Part shown: positions 46,373 to 55,223 of the stretch, in pieces
Numbering within the stretch: position 1 is the first letter of the stretch
How the letters are laid out: every line of letters begins with the position of its first letter
Source: a virus
Length of the DNA stretch: 64,000 bases
IMG/VR virus record: IMGVR_UViG_3300025466_000012
Coordinates: 135,684-199,683 of that record
Reading direction: 5' to 3' (one strand)
Program-made: the position numbers and the translations under genes
Notes under the pieces: generated by a model
What the model was told of the DNA's origin: nothing
What the model saw: only the letters and a program-made list of their open reading frames with translations
Databases searched by the model: none

Positions 46373-47007
46373 AACTGAGCGATTTCCAAATCAGCAATCA
46401 TGACAAGCTAGACTCGATACTGGTTAGGTTATGCGAACTGGTCATGGACGGTCAAAAGAAAAATCCAGATCGTTACGGCATGGTAGCAGCCGCGGTACTA
46501 GATCCTGACAACAACTGTGTGGCCGCTTTGAATTATCAAACAGCTGATGGTGATGTGCATGGTGAACGTGCCGCCATAGATGCTTATCACGAACGCTTTG
46601 GTGAGATACCCGAAGGCAGTATCATCTTGACTACCTGTAGTCCGTGTACCGAGCCCATGTCAGACCGCTATGGTTCTAGTTGCAAAGATCTAATCAGCTC
46701 GACCGCGGTGCACAAGGTCTATGCTGGTTATAGAGATCCCAGCCAACAGACGCATGGCGGTGACAAGACTTATCATTTGGAAATCACTCGTAACAAAAAG
46801 ATACAACAACTGTGCCAGGCCTTTGCTGACACCTGGTTACGAAACGAACTGACCGAACTTGAATTCTTGGGCAGCCCTTGCACTAAAGACTGTTCGGGTC
46901 ACAGAGCCGGTTATGCCTGGAGCCAAAGCCGAGGTGGGCGTGTGGCACAGAGTCCATTCAGCCCCAGCTTCAACAAAGGCAGCCAATTGCAGGTGGATGG
47001 CAAATGA
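46369..47007 (+). CDS. Zn-dependent nucleotide deaminase with appended Cys-rich module
   Basis: VAAAVLD, HGE, TTCSPC...C, KVYAG; C-terminal LTELEFLGSPCTKDCSGHRAGY. Confidence 0.75.
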   Translation: MKLSDFQISNHDKLDSILVRLCELVMDGQKKNPDRYGMVAAAVLDPDNNCVAALNYQTADGDVHGERAAIDAYHERFGEIPEGSIILTTCSPCTEPMSDRYGSSCKDLISSTAVHKVYAGYRDPSQQTHGGDKTYHLEITRNKKIQQLCQAFADTWLRNELTELEFLGSPCTKDCSGHRAGYAWSQSRGGRVAQSPFSPSFNKGSQLQVDGK

Positions 47008-47093
47008 TCGACTATCCTTATCCGGTATACCCTGACCCTGATCCAGCATGTCCTGAGCAGGATCGTCTGAGACTTCCTTATGCACCTGTATAG
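47004..47093 (+). CDS. 29-aa Pro/Tyr-rich peptide (not in ORF track)
   Basis: ATGA-coupled to the deaminase stop; MIDYPYPVYPDPDPACPEQDRLRLPYAPV. Confidence 0.5.
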   Translation: MIDYPYPVYPDPDPACPEQDRLRLPYAPV

Positions 47094-47098
47094 AATTT

Positions 47099-47170
47099 GG
47101 CCTTAGGACCGAATGGCCGGCAGCTGGCCTGGTTGACCGATTCGCTACCGGTTAACCTAAAAGCGGCACG
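47099..47170 (+). ncRNA. Candidate structured RNA, family unassigned
   Basis: 9-bp stem 47131-47139/47149-47157, 5-bp stem 47115-47119/47125-47129, loop-tail complementarity CGCT/AGCG; intergenic and GC-rich. Confidence 0.45.
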
Positions 47171-47174
47171 ATCA

Positions 47175-47203
47175 TTGACTGTGTGTGTTGTATCGTGTAT
47201 AAT
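47175..47203 (+). promoter_or_regulatory. sigma70-type promoter heading the replication/modification gene run
   Basis: TTGACT (47175-47180), 17 nt, TATAAT (47198-47203). Confidence 0.8.
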
Positions 47204-47227
47204 TACATATTCAACCAGGAGAGCTCA

Positions 47228-47488
47228 ATGACAAGTCGTGTGTTTACCACAGAACAAACTGCCAAACTAAACCAAATCATCAACGAAGGCATGCAGGTCA
47301 CGCATGAAATCGAAACTTTGACCGAAGGTCTCAATGACACAGTCAAGGCCATAGCCGAAGAGCTGGAAATCAAACCAGCCATTCTCAAACGTGCTATCAA
47401 ACTGGCACACAAGGCCGAGTTTGGCCGCGCACAGCAGGATCATGAAGTGCTGGAACAGATCTTGACCACGGTGGGCAAAACTCTCTAA
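47228..47488 (+). CDS. Small dsDNA-binding protein, T4 DsbA-like
   Basis: 86-aa helical protein, KAIAEELEIKPAILKRAIKLAHK; SD AGGAG. Confidence 0.6.
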   Translation: MTSRVFTTEQTAKLNQIINEGMQVTHEIETLTEGLNDTVKAIAEELEIKPAILKRAIKLAHKAEFGRAQQDHEVLEQILTTVGKTL

Positions 47489-47493
47489 TCCAG

Positions 47494-48135
47494 ATGGAAG
47501 CGTTTAGACACCAGCATCTGGTCTATGTGCCCATCACCAAGCATGCCAGTACCAGTTATCGACATCTGTTCCGAGATCAGTTGGGATGGCAACCCATGCA
47601 AACCGACGAAATTGATTGGACTGTAGATCATGTGTTTGGTCACCTGTTGCACCCGTATACTCGGCATTTGCAAGGCATCACAGAATGTGTGCAGAAATAC
47701 AATCTTGTACATCTGGTCGACGATGAATGTTTTTTAACCCTGTTGGGTACCGCAGTGTTTGATCTGCATTCATACCCGCTGTCGGCAGGATTTGGTGACA
47801 GTCTTTACAAAATTGACTGGATCCTGCTGGATCACCATATATACGACAGTGACTATATCACACGGAATTTTTTACAACAGCACGGTATCATGATAGACAC
47901 CATACCCAGGTTGAACACTGCTAGACCCAATGAAAAGGTATTGTTGGAAAAAATACAGACTGTCAGAGACAGCAAAGATCTTACCAACACGCTGACCTAT
48001 TTTTACGAACAGGATGTGGTCTTGTATGATCGGGTGAATCGACACAGCAGATACCATGAGCTTGAAAATTTGCCGTGGTCTGAATGCAGTTGGTTGACCA
48101 ACTATGTACCAATCAAGGTCGAAGTTGATCTGTAA
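47494..48135 (+). CDS. Sulfotransferase family 2-like protein
   Basis: YVPITKHASTSY (5'-PSB-like) and LLHPYTR (3'-PB-like). Confidence 0.62.
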   Translation: MEAFRHQHLVYVPITKHASTSYRHLFRDQLGWQPMQTDEIDWTVDHVFGHLLHPYTRHLQGITECVQKYNLVHLVDDECFLTLLGTAVFDLHSYPLSAGFGDSLYKIDWILLDHHIYDSDYITRNFLQQHGIMIDTIPRLNTARPNEKVLLEKIQTVRDSKDLTNTLTYFYEQDVVLYDRVNRHSRYHELENLPWSECSWLTNYVPIKVEVDL

Positions 48136-49084
48136 CATAGATCCTTACCTGGATCAAATCTGGCAAAAAAGCCAGTGCAGAAAACATGAATGGGCGATTT
48201 TGGGTACCCTCGAAAATCTCGTGAACACTCTTCCTGATAAAAGCAACACATATATCTGTTTGGTTGATGCAGTGCCCGAAAATGTTATTGTAAACTATCG
48301 TACCATAATCACTGATAATATCTTGAAGACCGATTCGGTACAACTATGGCCAGAATTTTGGGGCACTTTCAGCTACGATCCAGAATATTCGGATCGTGCT
48401 CCACAAAAACTATTCAACTGTTTTATGCACCGGACCGGAGTCATGCGACAGACATGGTTCTACGAACTGATCCGACGAGAATTGTTGGATCTAGGATCAG
48501 TTTCATTCTTGTTAGATTATAGAGACAATGCTGGTTATACCAAAGGCTGGAGCACTGTAGAAGAAAAACAGGCTCTGTTCCAATGGATATTTGAAAAACT
48601 TGATGCAGAATTTCTGGCCGAGCACGAAAGCATACGATCGTTGGTACCTTATCGTAATTTCCACACTGATCTTGACCAGGCCGTCGTAGATTCAAAAATA
48701 AGCCTGGTACTAGAGACCTATTACGACAACTCGATGGCCATTGCATTCAGTGAAAAGGTATTTAGGGCTTTACAATTGCCTCGTCCTATGTTACTATATA
48801 GTGGTGTTGGTGCCATCAACGAGTTACGGAAAATAGGATTTGATCTTTACGATGACATAGTGGATCATGGCTACGACCTAATTGTGGACTCCAATCAAAG
48901 ACAATTAGACATTTTATCCAGGCTAGAAAATTTTAAAAGTTTTAATTACACAGACAACACTCTTCGAGATTTTGAACAACGAGCTAACAAAAACAGAAAC
49001 ATCTTGAAAAATTTAAAACAAAATTGGCCTCATAAGCTCGACAAAATTGTTGCCAGCCTCAGAGATCACAACAACGGAGAATAG
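48104..49084 (+). CDS. AT-rich glycosyltransferase-like protein (GT10/GT-B-like)
   Basis: ISLVLET, FSEKVFRAL..PRP, GFDLYDDIVDHGYD pattern; tentative. Confidence 0.55.
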   Translation: MYQSRSKLICNIDPYLDQIWQKSQCRKHEWAILGTLENLVNTLPDKSNTYICLVDAVPENVIVNYRTIITDNILKTDSVQLWPEFWGTFSYDPEYSDRAPQKLFNCFMHRTGVMRQTWFYELIRRELLDLGSVSFLLDYRDNAGYTKGWSTVEEKQALFQWIFEKLDAEFLAEHESIRSLVPYRNFHTDLDQAVVDSKISLVLETYYDNSMAIAFSEKVFRALQLPRPMLLYSGVGAINELRKIGFDLYDDIVDHGYDLIVDSNQRQLDILSRLENFKSFNYTDNTLRDFEQRANKNRNILKNLKQNWPHKLDKIVASLRDHNNGE

Positions 49085-49085
49085 A

Positions 49086-51746
49086 TTGAGTTACATTGAT
49101 GCACTCTACGATCGCGAACACGATCGCATACACATAGTCGAGCGTCGCGATGGCGCAAGACACTATCGCGAATATCCGGCCAACTATATCCTGTACTATG
49201 ACGATGCCAGAGGAAAATTCCAAAGCATTTTTGGCACACCGGTGTCGAGATTCAGCACCAGGAACAACAAAGAGTTCCGCAAAGAAGTAAAGTTGCAGTC
49301 GGGCAAACGCCTGTACGAAAGCGACATCAATCCCATATTCCGTTGCCTGGAAGAAAACTACAAGGGACAAGATGCTCCCCGGCTCAACGTGGCCTTTTTT
49401 GACATCGAAGTGGACTTTGATCCCGAGCGTGGATTCAGTCCACCAGCAGATCCATTCAATCCAATCACGGCCATCTCGGTCTATCTGGGCTGGTTGGAAC
49501 AGCTGGTGACTCTGGTCATACCTCCACGTCACATGAGTGAGGACACTGCACAAGAAATAGCCAGTGAATTTGAAAACACCATCATATTCCGAGACGAAGC
49601 CGAAATGCTGAAAACCTTTCTGGATCTGATCGAAGATGCTGATGCACTGTCGGGCTGGAACAGTGAAGGGTTTGATATCCCGTACACAGTCAATCGAGTG
49701 ACTCGTGTGCTCAGTCGAGACGATACCAGAAGGTTCTGTCTATGGGATCAGTATCCCAAGAAACGCACGTTTGAACGCTTTGGTGCCGAAAACGAGACCT
49801 ATGACTTGATCGGTCGTGTACACATGGACTATATGCAACTGTATCGCAAGTACACCTATGAAGAGCGACACAGCTACAGCCTAGACGCCATTGCCGAACA
49901 TGAATTGGGTGAAACTAAAACAGTGTTCGAAGGTACCCTGGATCAACTGTACAATCAAAATTTCCGTATCTTTATCGAGTACAACAGACAGGATACCATG
50001 ATCCTGGCCAAGCTGGATCGCAAACTGAAGTTTTTGGATCTGGCCAACATCCTGGCACACGAAAACACAGTGTTGCTACAGACCACCATGGGTGCGGTGG
50101 CCTTGACCGAACAGGCCATCATCAACGAAGCACACGAGCGTGGCATGGTAGTGCCCAATCGCAAAGAAAGATACAGCGACGAAGACACACAGGCCGCAGG
50201 TGCCTATGTGGCCTATCCCAAAAAAGGCATACACGAATATGTGGGCTCCATAGACATCAACAGTCTATATCCCAGCGCGATCCGAGCACTCAACATGGGT
50301 CCCGAAACCATCGTTGGGCAGTTGAGACCCATCATGACCGATCGTTATATTGCAGACAAGATCCGAAGCGGTAGCAGTTTTGCTGCTGCCTGGGAAGGAC
50401 TGTTTGCCACATTGGAATATACCGCAGTCATGGAGATGCAGACTGGTACCGAAGTCACAGTGGACTGGGAGGACGGCGATGAAACTGTGCATAGTGCAGC
50501 CGAAGTCTGGCGGATCATATTCGACAGCAACCGGCCCTGGATGCTGACAGCCAATGGCACCATATTCACCTACGAACGCGAAGCCGTGATACCTGGCTTG
50601 CTCAAACGCTGGTATGCCGAGCGTAAAGACATGCAGAAAAAACTCAAAGAATGCGCCAATCAAGATGACGAAGAATACTGGGACAAACGACAACTGGTCA
50701 AAAAGATCAATCTCAACAGCCTGTACGGTGCTATTCTCAATCCTGGTTGTAGGTTTTTTGACAAGCGTATCGGTCAAAGTACTACTCTCACAGGGCGCAG
50801 CATTGCCAAACATATGGACGCCTATGTGAACGAATGTATCACAGGCCGATACGATCATGTGGGCGACGCCATCATCTACGGTGACACAGACTCGTGCTAT
50901 TTTACAGCCTATCCGTTTCTCCGAGAAGATATCGAACAGGGTCGTATGACCTGGACCCGAGACCTGGCAGTACAGTTATACGATTCCATAGCCGAACAGG
51001 TCAACGACAGTTTTCCTGGTTTTATGGAAACTGCGTTCCATGTGCCCAGAGAGATGGGCACAGTGATACGTGGTGGTAGAGAAATCGTGGCATCAAAAGG
51101 TCTGTTCATCACCAAAAAACGCTATGCGGTCATGTACTACGACAAAGAAGGCCGGCGTGTGGACACCCACGGCAGTCCAGGCAAGGTCAAGGCCATGGGA
51201 CTGGATCTCAAAAGATCCGACACACCTCGAGTGATCCAGGATTTCCTGAGCGAGATCCTGAACGATGTGCTGGTAGGTGCCACCCGCGAACAGATCGTGG
51301 AAAAGATCCGCGAGTTCAAATATGTGTTCCGCGATCGACCCGGATGGGAAAAAGGCAGTCCCAAGCGAGTCAACAACTTGACCAAGTACAGCAAAGAAGA
51401 AGAACGTCTGGGTCGGGCCAACATGCCTGGTCATGTGCGTGCGGCCTTGAACTGGAATGCCTTGAGAAAGATGAACGGCGACCGATACAGCCTGCAGATC
51501 GTGGATGGCATGAAAACCATCGTGTGCAAGCTCAAGGACAATCCGTTGGGTTGGACATCTATCGGCTATCCAACCGACGAATTGCACTTGCCCGAGTGGT
51601 TCCGAGAACTGCCATTCAATGATTCGGAGATGGAAGCCACCGTGGTCGATCAAAAGATCGACAACCTGTTGAGTGTGTTGGACTGGGATCTGGCCAGTGC
51701 TACCAATACCGACAATACCTTTGAGACCTTGTTTTCATGGAACTAG
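49086..51746 (+). CDS. Family B DNA polymerase with 3'-5' exonuclease
   Basis: FDIEV (ExoI), WNSEGFD (ExoII), YNRQD (ExoIII), SIDINSLYP, KINLNSLYG, YGDTDS; TTG 49086 after GGAG. Confidence 0.95.
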   Translation: MSYIDALYDREHDRIHIVERRDGARHYREYPANYILYYDDARGKFQSIFGTPVSRFSTRNNKEFRKEVKLQSGKRLYESDINPIFRCLEENYKGQDAPRLNVAFFDIEVDFDPERGFSPPADPFNPITAISVYLGWLEQLVTLVIPPRHMSEDTAQEIASEFENTIIFRDEAEMLKTFLDLIEDADALSGWNSEGFDIPYTVNRVTRVLSRDDTRRFCLWDQYPKKRTFERFGAENETYDLIGRVHMDYMQLYRKYTYEERHSYSLDAIAEHELGETKTVFEGTLDQLYNQNFRIFIEYNRQDTMILAKLDRKLKFLDLANILAHENTVLLQTTMGAVALTEQAIINEAHERGMVVPNRKERYSDEDTQAAGAYVAYPKKGIHEYVGSIDINSLYPSAIRALNMGPETIVGQLRPIMTDRYIADKIRSGSSFAAAWEGLFATLEYTAVMEMQTGTEVTVDWEDGDETVHSAAEVWRIIFDSNRPWMLTANGTIFTYEREAVIPGLLKRWYAERKDMQKKLKECANQDDEEYWDKRQLVKKINLNSLYGAILNPGCRFFDKRIGQSTTLTGRSIAKHMDAYVNECITGRYDHVGDAIIYGDTDSCYFTAYPFLREDIEQGRMTWTRDLAVQLYDSIAEQVNDSFPGFMETAFHVPREMGTVIRGGREIVASKGLFITKKRYAVMYYDKEGRRVDTHGSPGKVKAMGLDLKRSDTPRVIQDFLSEILNDVLVGATREQIVEKIREFKYVFRDRPGWEKGSPKRVNNLTKYSKEEERLGRANMPGHVRAALNWNALRKMNGDRYSLQIVDGMKTIVCKLKDNPLGWTSIGYPTDELHLPEWFRELPFNDSEMEATVVDQKIDNLLSVLDWDLASATNTDNTFETLFSWN

Positions 51747-52708
51747 ATTTTGTACAACTGGTGGCTTACCACAATCTGCTAGAGCATCAATCGTGCATGA
51801 ACATGCGAAAAACATTATCACCGGGTCTGGACCATATCTTGCATACCGTAGAAAGACATGCTGACTTTGCCAGTTTGGCACTGATTGAAAAACAACAGCA
51901 GATACAGACTGCTTTTGATCAGTTTGAACAAGAGCTGGATCGTATCAAGTGGCAGGTACGGGACAAGATTGCCCAGCAAGAAACAGTCTGGTACCAGCGT
52001 AGCTATCAACAGTATGAAGGTACCTTGCAGGATCGACTTTCACAACGTCCAGAATTTGTGCAGGAATATCGCAATCAACGCAGGTCAATCAGCGCAGAAA
52101 TGGATCATGTGTTGCAGTCTCGTGTGATGCGATACGGTGATTGGCGTCATGCTGGCATGATCATACATCCGGGATCCGAACAATTCCTGGATCACCTGGT
52201 CGGGCTAGATCCTCTGTATCTTGTAGACGAAAGCCTGTATCTGTTGGAACCGGTGTTGGCACAACACACCGAAGTCTATCAACGCCGACTGCGTACCTAT
52301 ACCATTGAAGAAAATCTTGACCGATCAATCTTGAGCCAAATACCCAATGATCAATTTGCTTTCTGCTTGGTCTACAACTACTTCGAATTCCGACCGGTAG
52401 ACATGATACGTCGGTATTTGGACGAGATCTGGCACAAGCTCAAACCCGGCGGAATCTTGGCCATGACCTTCAACGATTGCGATCGAGTCAGTGCAGTACA
52501 GCTGGTAGATCGTAACTTTGCCTGTTACACTCCGGGTCGGGTCATACGAGATCTAGCACAGTTGCAGGGCTACGAGATTGAGTTTGAATGGTCAGATGAA
52601 GGACCCACGACCTGGTTGGAACTGAAACGACCGGGGACCTTGACCAGCTTGCGTGGTGGCCAGACTTTGGCCAAAATAGTTCCGTATTCAGTTGAAAATT
52701 CTAAATAA
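51737..52708 (+). CDS. Protein with C-terminal class I methyltransferase-like domain
   Basis: FAFCLVYNYF...IWHKLKPGGILAMTFND; N-terminal coiled coil. Confidence 0.55.
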   Translation: MELDFVQLVAYHNLLEHQSCMNMRKTLSPGLDHILHTVERHADFASLALIEKQQQIQTAFDQFEQELDRIKWQVRDKIAQQETVWYQRSYQQYEGTLQDRLSQRPEFVQEYRNQRRSISAEMDHVLQSRVMRYGDWRHAGMIIHPGSEQFLDHLVGLDPLYLVDESLYLLEPVLAQHTEVYQRRLRTYTIEENLDRSILSQIPNDQFAFCLVYNYFEFRPVDMIRRYLDEIWHKLKPGGILAMTFNDCDRVSAVQLVDRNFACYTPGRVIRDLAQLQGYEIEFEWSDEGPTTWLELKRPGTLTSLRGGQTLAKIVPYSVENSK

Positions 52709-52720
52709 ACCCTGTACAAT
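52692..52720 (+). promoter_or_regulatory. sigma70-type promoter for the sliding clamp operon
   Basis: TTGAAA (52692-52697), 17 nt, TACAAT (52715-52720); TAAATA at 52702 lies in the spacer. Confidence 0.6.
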
Positions 52721-52741
52721 ACATATTCAAGGAGAACGACA

Positions 52742-53464
52742 ATGAGAGATCACTTATTAGATTTGGTAGGACACACACATGACCTGGGTTGCATTGACCT
52801 GGTGCGTATCGCCGGCACAGCCGACAAGACCACGATCGAGGCCTTGGCCGAAGATCGCAGCGTGGTGTTGCAAGGTGAATATGCCACACCCGTGGCTGAC
52901 TTCATGGGCACGTTTGGCATGCCCAATCTTGGCAAGCTCAAGATCATGCTGAACCTGCAAGAGTACAAAGAAAATGCTGTATTGACGCTGGGTAAAAATT
53001 CTGCAGGTGAGCCCGAGCATATCAGTTTCAAAAATGCCGCAGGTGATTTCAAGAACAACTACAGATTCATGGCCGCCGCACATGTGAATGCCAAGCTCAA
53101 GACCATTGAATTCAAAGGTGTGCCCTGGGTGATCGAGTTTACACCCACGGTGGTGGCCATACAGAGATTCAAGATGCAGGCGCAGGCCATGGCCGAGGAA
53201 TTGAACTTTGATGTCAAGACCGAAGGCGGCGATTTGAAATTCTACTTTGGTGATCATTCGACCCATGCTGGCAATTTTGTGTTTGAATCCGGTGTGACTG
53301 GTGTTCTCAAAAGAACATGGTCATGGCCAATCAAGACCGTGATTTCAATTCTGGATTTGGCCGGAGACAAGACTTTCCGTATCAGTGACAGTGGTGCAGC
53401 CATGATAACTGTGGATTCAGGACTGGCTGTTTACAACTACATTTTGTTGGCACAAACCAAGTGA
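52742..53464 (+). CDS. DNA polymerase sliding clamp (T4 gp45-like)
   Basis: 240 aa; FGMPNLGKL, YRFM, GAAMITVDSGLAVYNYIL pattern; lies downstream of PolB. Confidence 0.72.
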   Translation: MRDHLLDLVGHTHDLGCIDLVRIAGTADKTTIEALAEDRSVVLQGEYATPVADFMGTFGMPNLGKLKIMLNLQEYKENAVLTLGKNSAGEPEHISFKNAAGDFKNNYRFMAAAHVNAKLKTIEFKGVPWVIEFTPTVVAIQRFKMQAQAMAEELNFDVKTEGGDLKFYFGDHSTHAGNFVFESGVTGVLKRTWSWPIKTVISILDLAGDKTFRISDSGAAMITVDSGLAVYNYILLAQTK

Positions 53465-55029
53465 TACAGGACGACCTAACTGCCAAGCAACACGACTACG
53501 CAGTATTCTTGCCGGCCATCTCGGGATTCTATGCCACGTTTGTGGGCAAGCAAAGAGATCCGGTAAACGGTCCTTATGTGGATCCAGCTCGTATGCCTGT
53601 GGGCATACCGGACATGGAACAGATGAACTGGTTGAACGACCAGAAAGCCCTGTTCCCCTACAAGTGGTCGTTATACTCGGGTGGTCATGCCAACTTGGAT
53701 TTGAACAAGCAGGACTGGAGCGAAGACATGGTTCGCAATCGAGATCCCAATACCTTGTTGTTGGGAGACTCGGGCGGATTCCAGATTGCCAAAGGCTTGT
53801 GGGAAGGTGACTGGCGTGCCGGTTCTGGTTGTAAAAAAGCCGAAGCCAAGCGACGAGCGGTGTTGACCTGGCTGGACAGCGTCAGCAACTACTGTATGAC
53901 CTTGGATATTCCGACCTGGGTCATACACGACAAGAAAGCATCAGACGCTTGCCAGATACGCAACTTGCAAGAAGCCATTGACGCTACCAAGTTCAACAAC
54001 GAATATTTCATGCGGCATCGCCGAGGCAAGGCCAATGGTGGTACCAAGATTTTGAATGTGTTGCAGGGCGACAATCATCCCAATGCCGACGACTGGTACG
54101 AGATCATGAAAGAATACTGTGATCCCATCAAATATCCCGACACACACTTTGATGGCTGGGCCATGGGCGGACAGAACATGTGTGATGTACATCTGATCCT
54201 GCGCAGATTGGTGGCCTTGAGACATGATGGCCTGTTACAGGAAGGTGTACATGATTGGATGCACTTCTTGGGCACTAGCAAACTGGAATGGGCAGTGTTG
54301 TTGACCGACATACAACGAGCAGTAAGAAAATATGTGAATCCGGCATTTACCATCAGTTTTGATTGCGCCAGCCCGTTCTTGGCCACGGCCAATGGACAGG
54401 TATATCATCATATCGATCTGCCGCACGAAGGCAAATGGTGTTACAGAATGAGTCCAATCGTGGATGACAAAAAATACAGCAACGACACCAGGCCGTTTGG
54501 TCCTGCTGTGGTAGCTGATGGCCTGATCAAGCACTTTGACGAAAGCCCGATCAGTCAGCAGTTGACCATGAAAGACGTGTGTATCTATGCACCGGGTGAT
54601 CTCAACAAGATTGGCAAGGAAGGCAAGACGTCGTGGGACAGTTTCAGTTATGCGTTGTTGATGGGTCACAATGTGTGGATGCACATCGAAGCAGTACAAC
54701 GTGCCAATCGCGAATACGATGCCGGAAATTATCCCTACATGATGCGGAACGAAAATGGCGGAAACGAAATGTTCCGCGATATCGTGGAAGCCATATTTGC
54801 CACACCAGACCGAGCCGAAGCCGAGGCCATAATCGAGTACTACGATCGTTACTGGATGGACATAATCGGTACCAGAGGATTCAAAGGCAAGAAGGCCAAG
54901 AGTGGACGTCCGTTGTTCAATCAACTGTTTACAGTGACCGACTCTGAGTCGGTTGACACCGCAACAGATGACAGTGTACAATTAGATACAGCACTATTGG
55001 ATCAACTGGAACAGGAACCAATCACATGA
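53461..55029 (+). CDS. tRNA-guanine transglycosylase-fold enzyme (DpdA-like candidate)
   Basis: DSGGFQ, MTLDIP, LNVLQG, GWAMGG, HFLG, SFDCAS; three catalytic Asp positions present. Confidence 0.8.
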   Translation: MIQDDLTAKQHDYAVFLPAISGFYATFVGKQRDPVNGPYVDPARMPVGIPDMEQMNWLNDQKALFPYKWSLYSGGHANLDLNKQDWSEDMVRNRDPNTLLLGDSGGFQIAKGLWEGDWRAGSGCKKAEAKRRAVLTWLDSVSNYCMTLDIPTWVIHDKKASDACQIRNLQEAIDATKFNNEYFMRHRRGKANGGTKILNVLQGDNHPNADDWYEIMKEYCDPIKYPDTHFDGWAMGGQNMCDVHLILRRLVALRHDGLLQEGVHDWMHFLGTSKLEWAVLLTDIQRAVRKYVNPAFTISFDCASPFLATANGQVYHHIDLPHEGKWCYRMSPIVDDKKYSNDTRPFGPAVVADGLIKHFDESPISQQLTMKDVCIYAPGDLNKIGKEGKTSWDSFSYALLMGHNVWMHIEAVQRANREYDAGNYPYMMRNENGGNEMFRDIVEAIFATPDRAEAEAIIEYYDRYWMDIIGTRGFKGKKAKSGRPLFNQLFTVTDSESVDTATDDSVQLDTALLDQLEQEPIT

Positions 55030-55223
55030 GCGATTACACAAATAGACTACGACATCTAGAAGAAGCACATCACACTTTGGACAAACGCATCGACGGCATG
55101 GAACGTACCGGCATTTTTGGTGATTTCAATCTAGAAGACATGAAAAAACAACGCCTGCTGTTGCGAGACCAGATTGTTGCCCTTAAACAACAACACCAGA
55201 TCGACGACAAAAAACATGGATAG
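55026..55223 (+). CDS. YdcH/DUF465-like coiled-coil protein
   Basis: LEEAHHTLDKRI...MKKQRLLLRDQI. Confidence 0.65.
   Translation: MSDYTNRLRHLEEAHHTLDKRIDGMERTGIFGDFNLEDMKKQRLLLRDQIVALKQQHQIDDKKHG

Noticed and set aside
47099-47170. Assignment of the structured element to pistol, twister or HDV-like ribozymes
   Set aside because: Partial echoes exist (TTAGG/CCTAA pair, TAAAAG tail, GCGAAT on the minus strand), but I could not fit the required helix order or conserved cores on either strand.
31010-49085. N-terminal extensions in track ORFs (31010, 37123, 40794, 41315, 42736, 47183, 49047; likewise 1192, 15345, 18466)
   Set aside because: Internal starts have an SD, a late motif or an ATGA overlap, and the extensions run across promoters, terminators or upstream genes.
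49086-51746. Intein or intron in the DNA polymerase
   Set aside because: All exonuclease and polymerase motifs are in one frame at ordinary spacing, with no LAGLIDADG or His-Asn/Cys junction.
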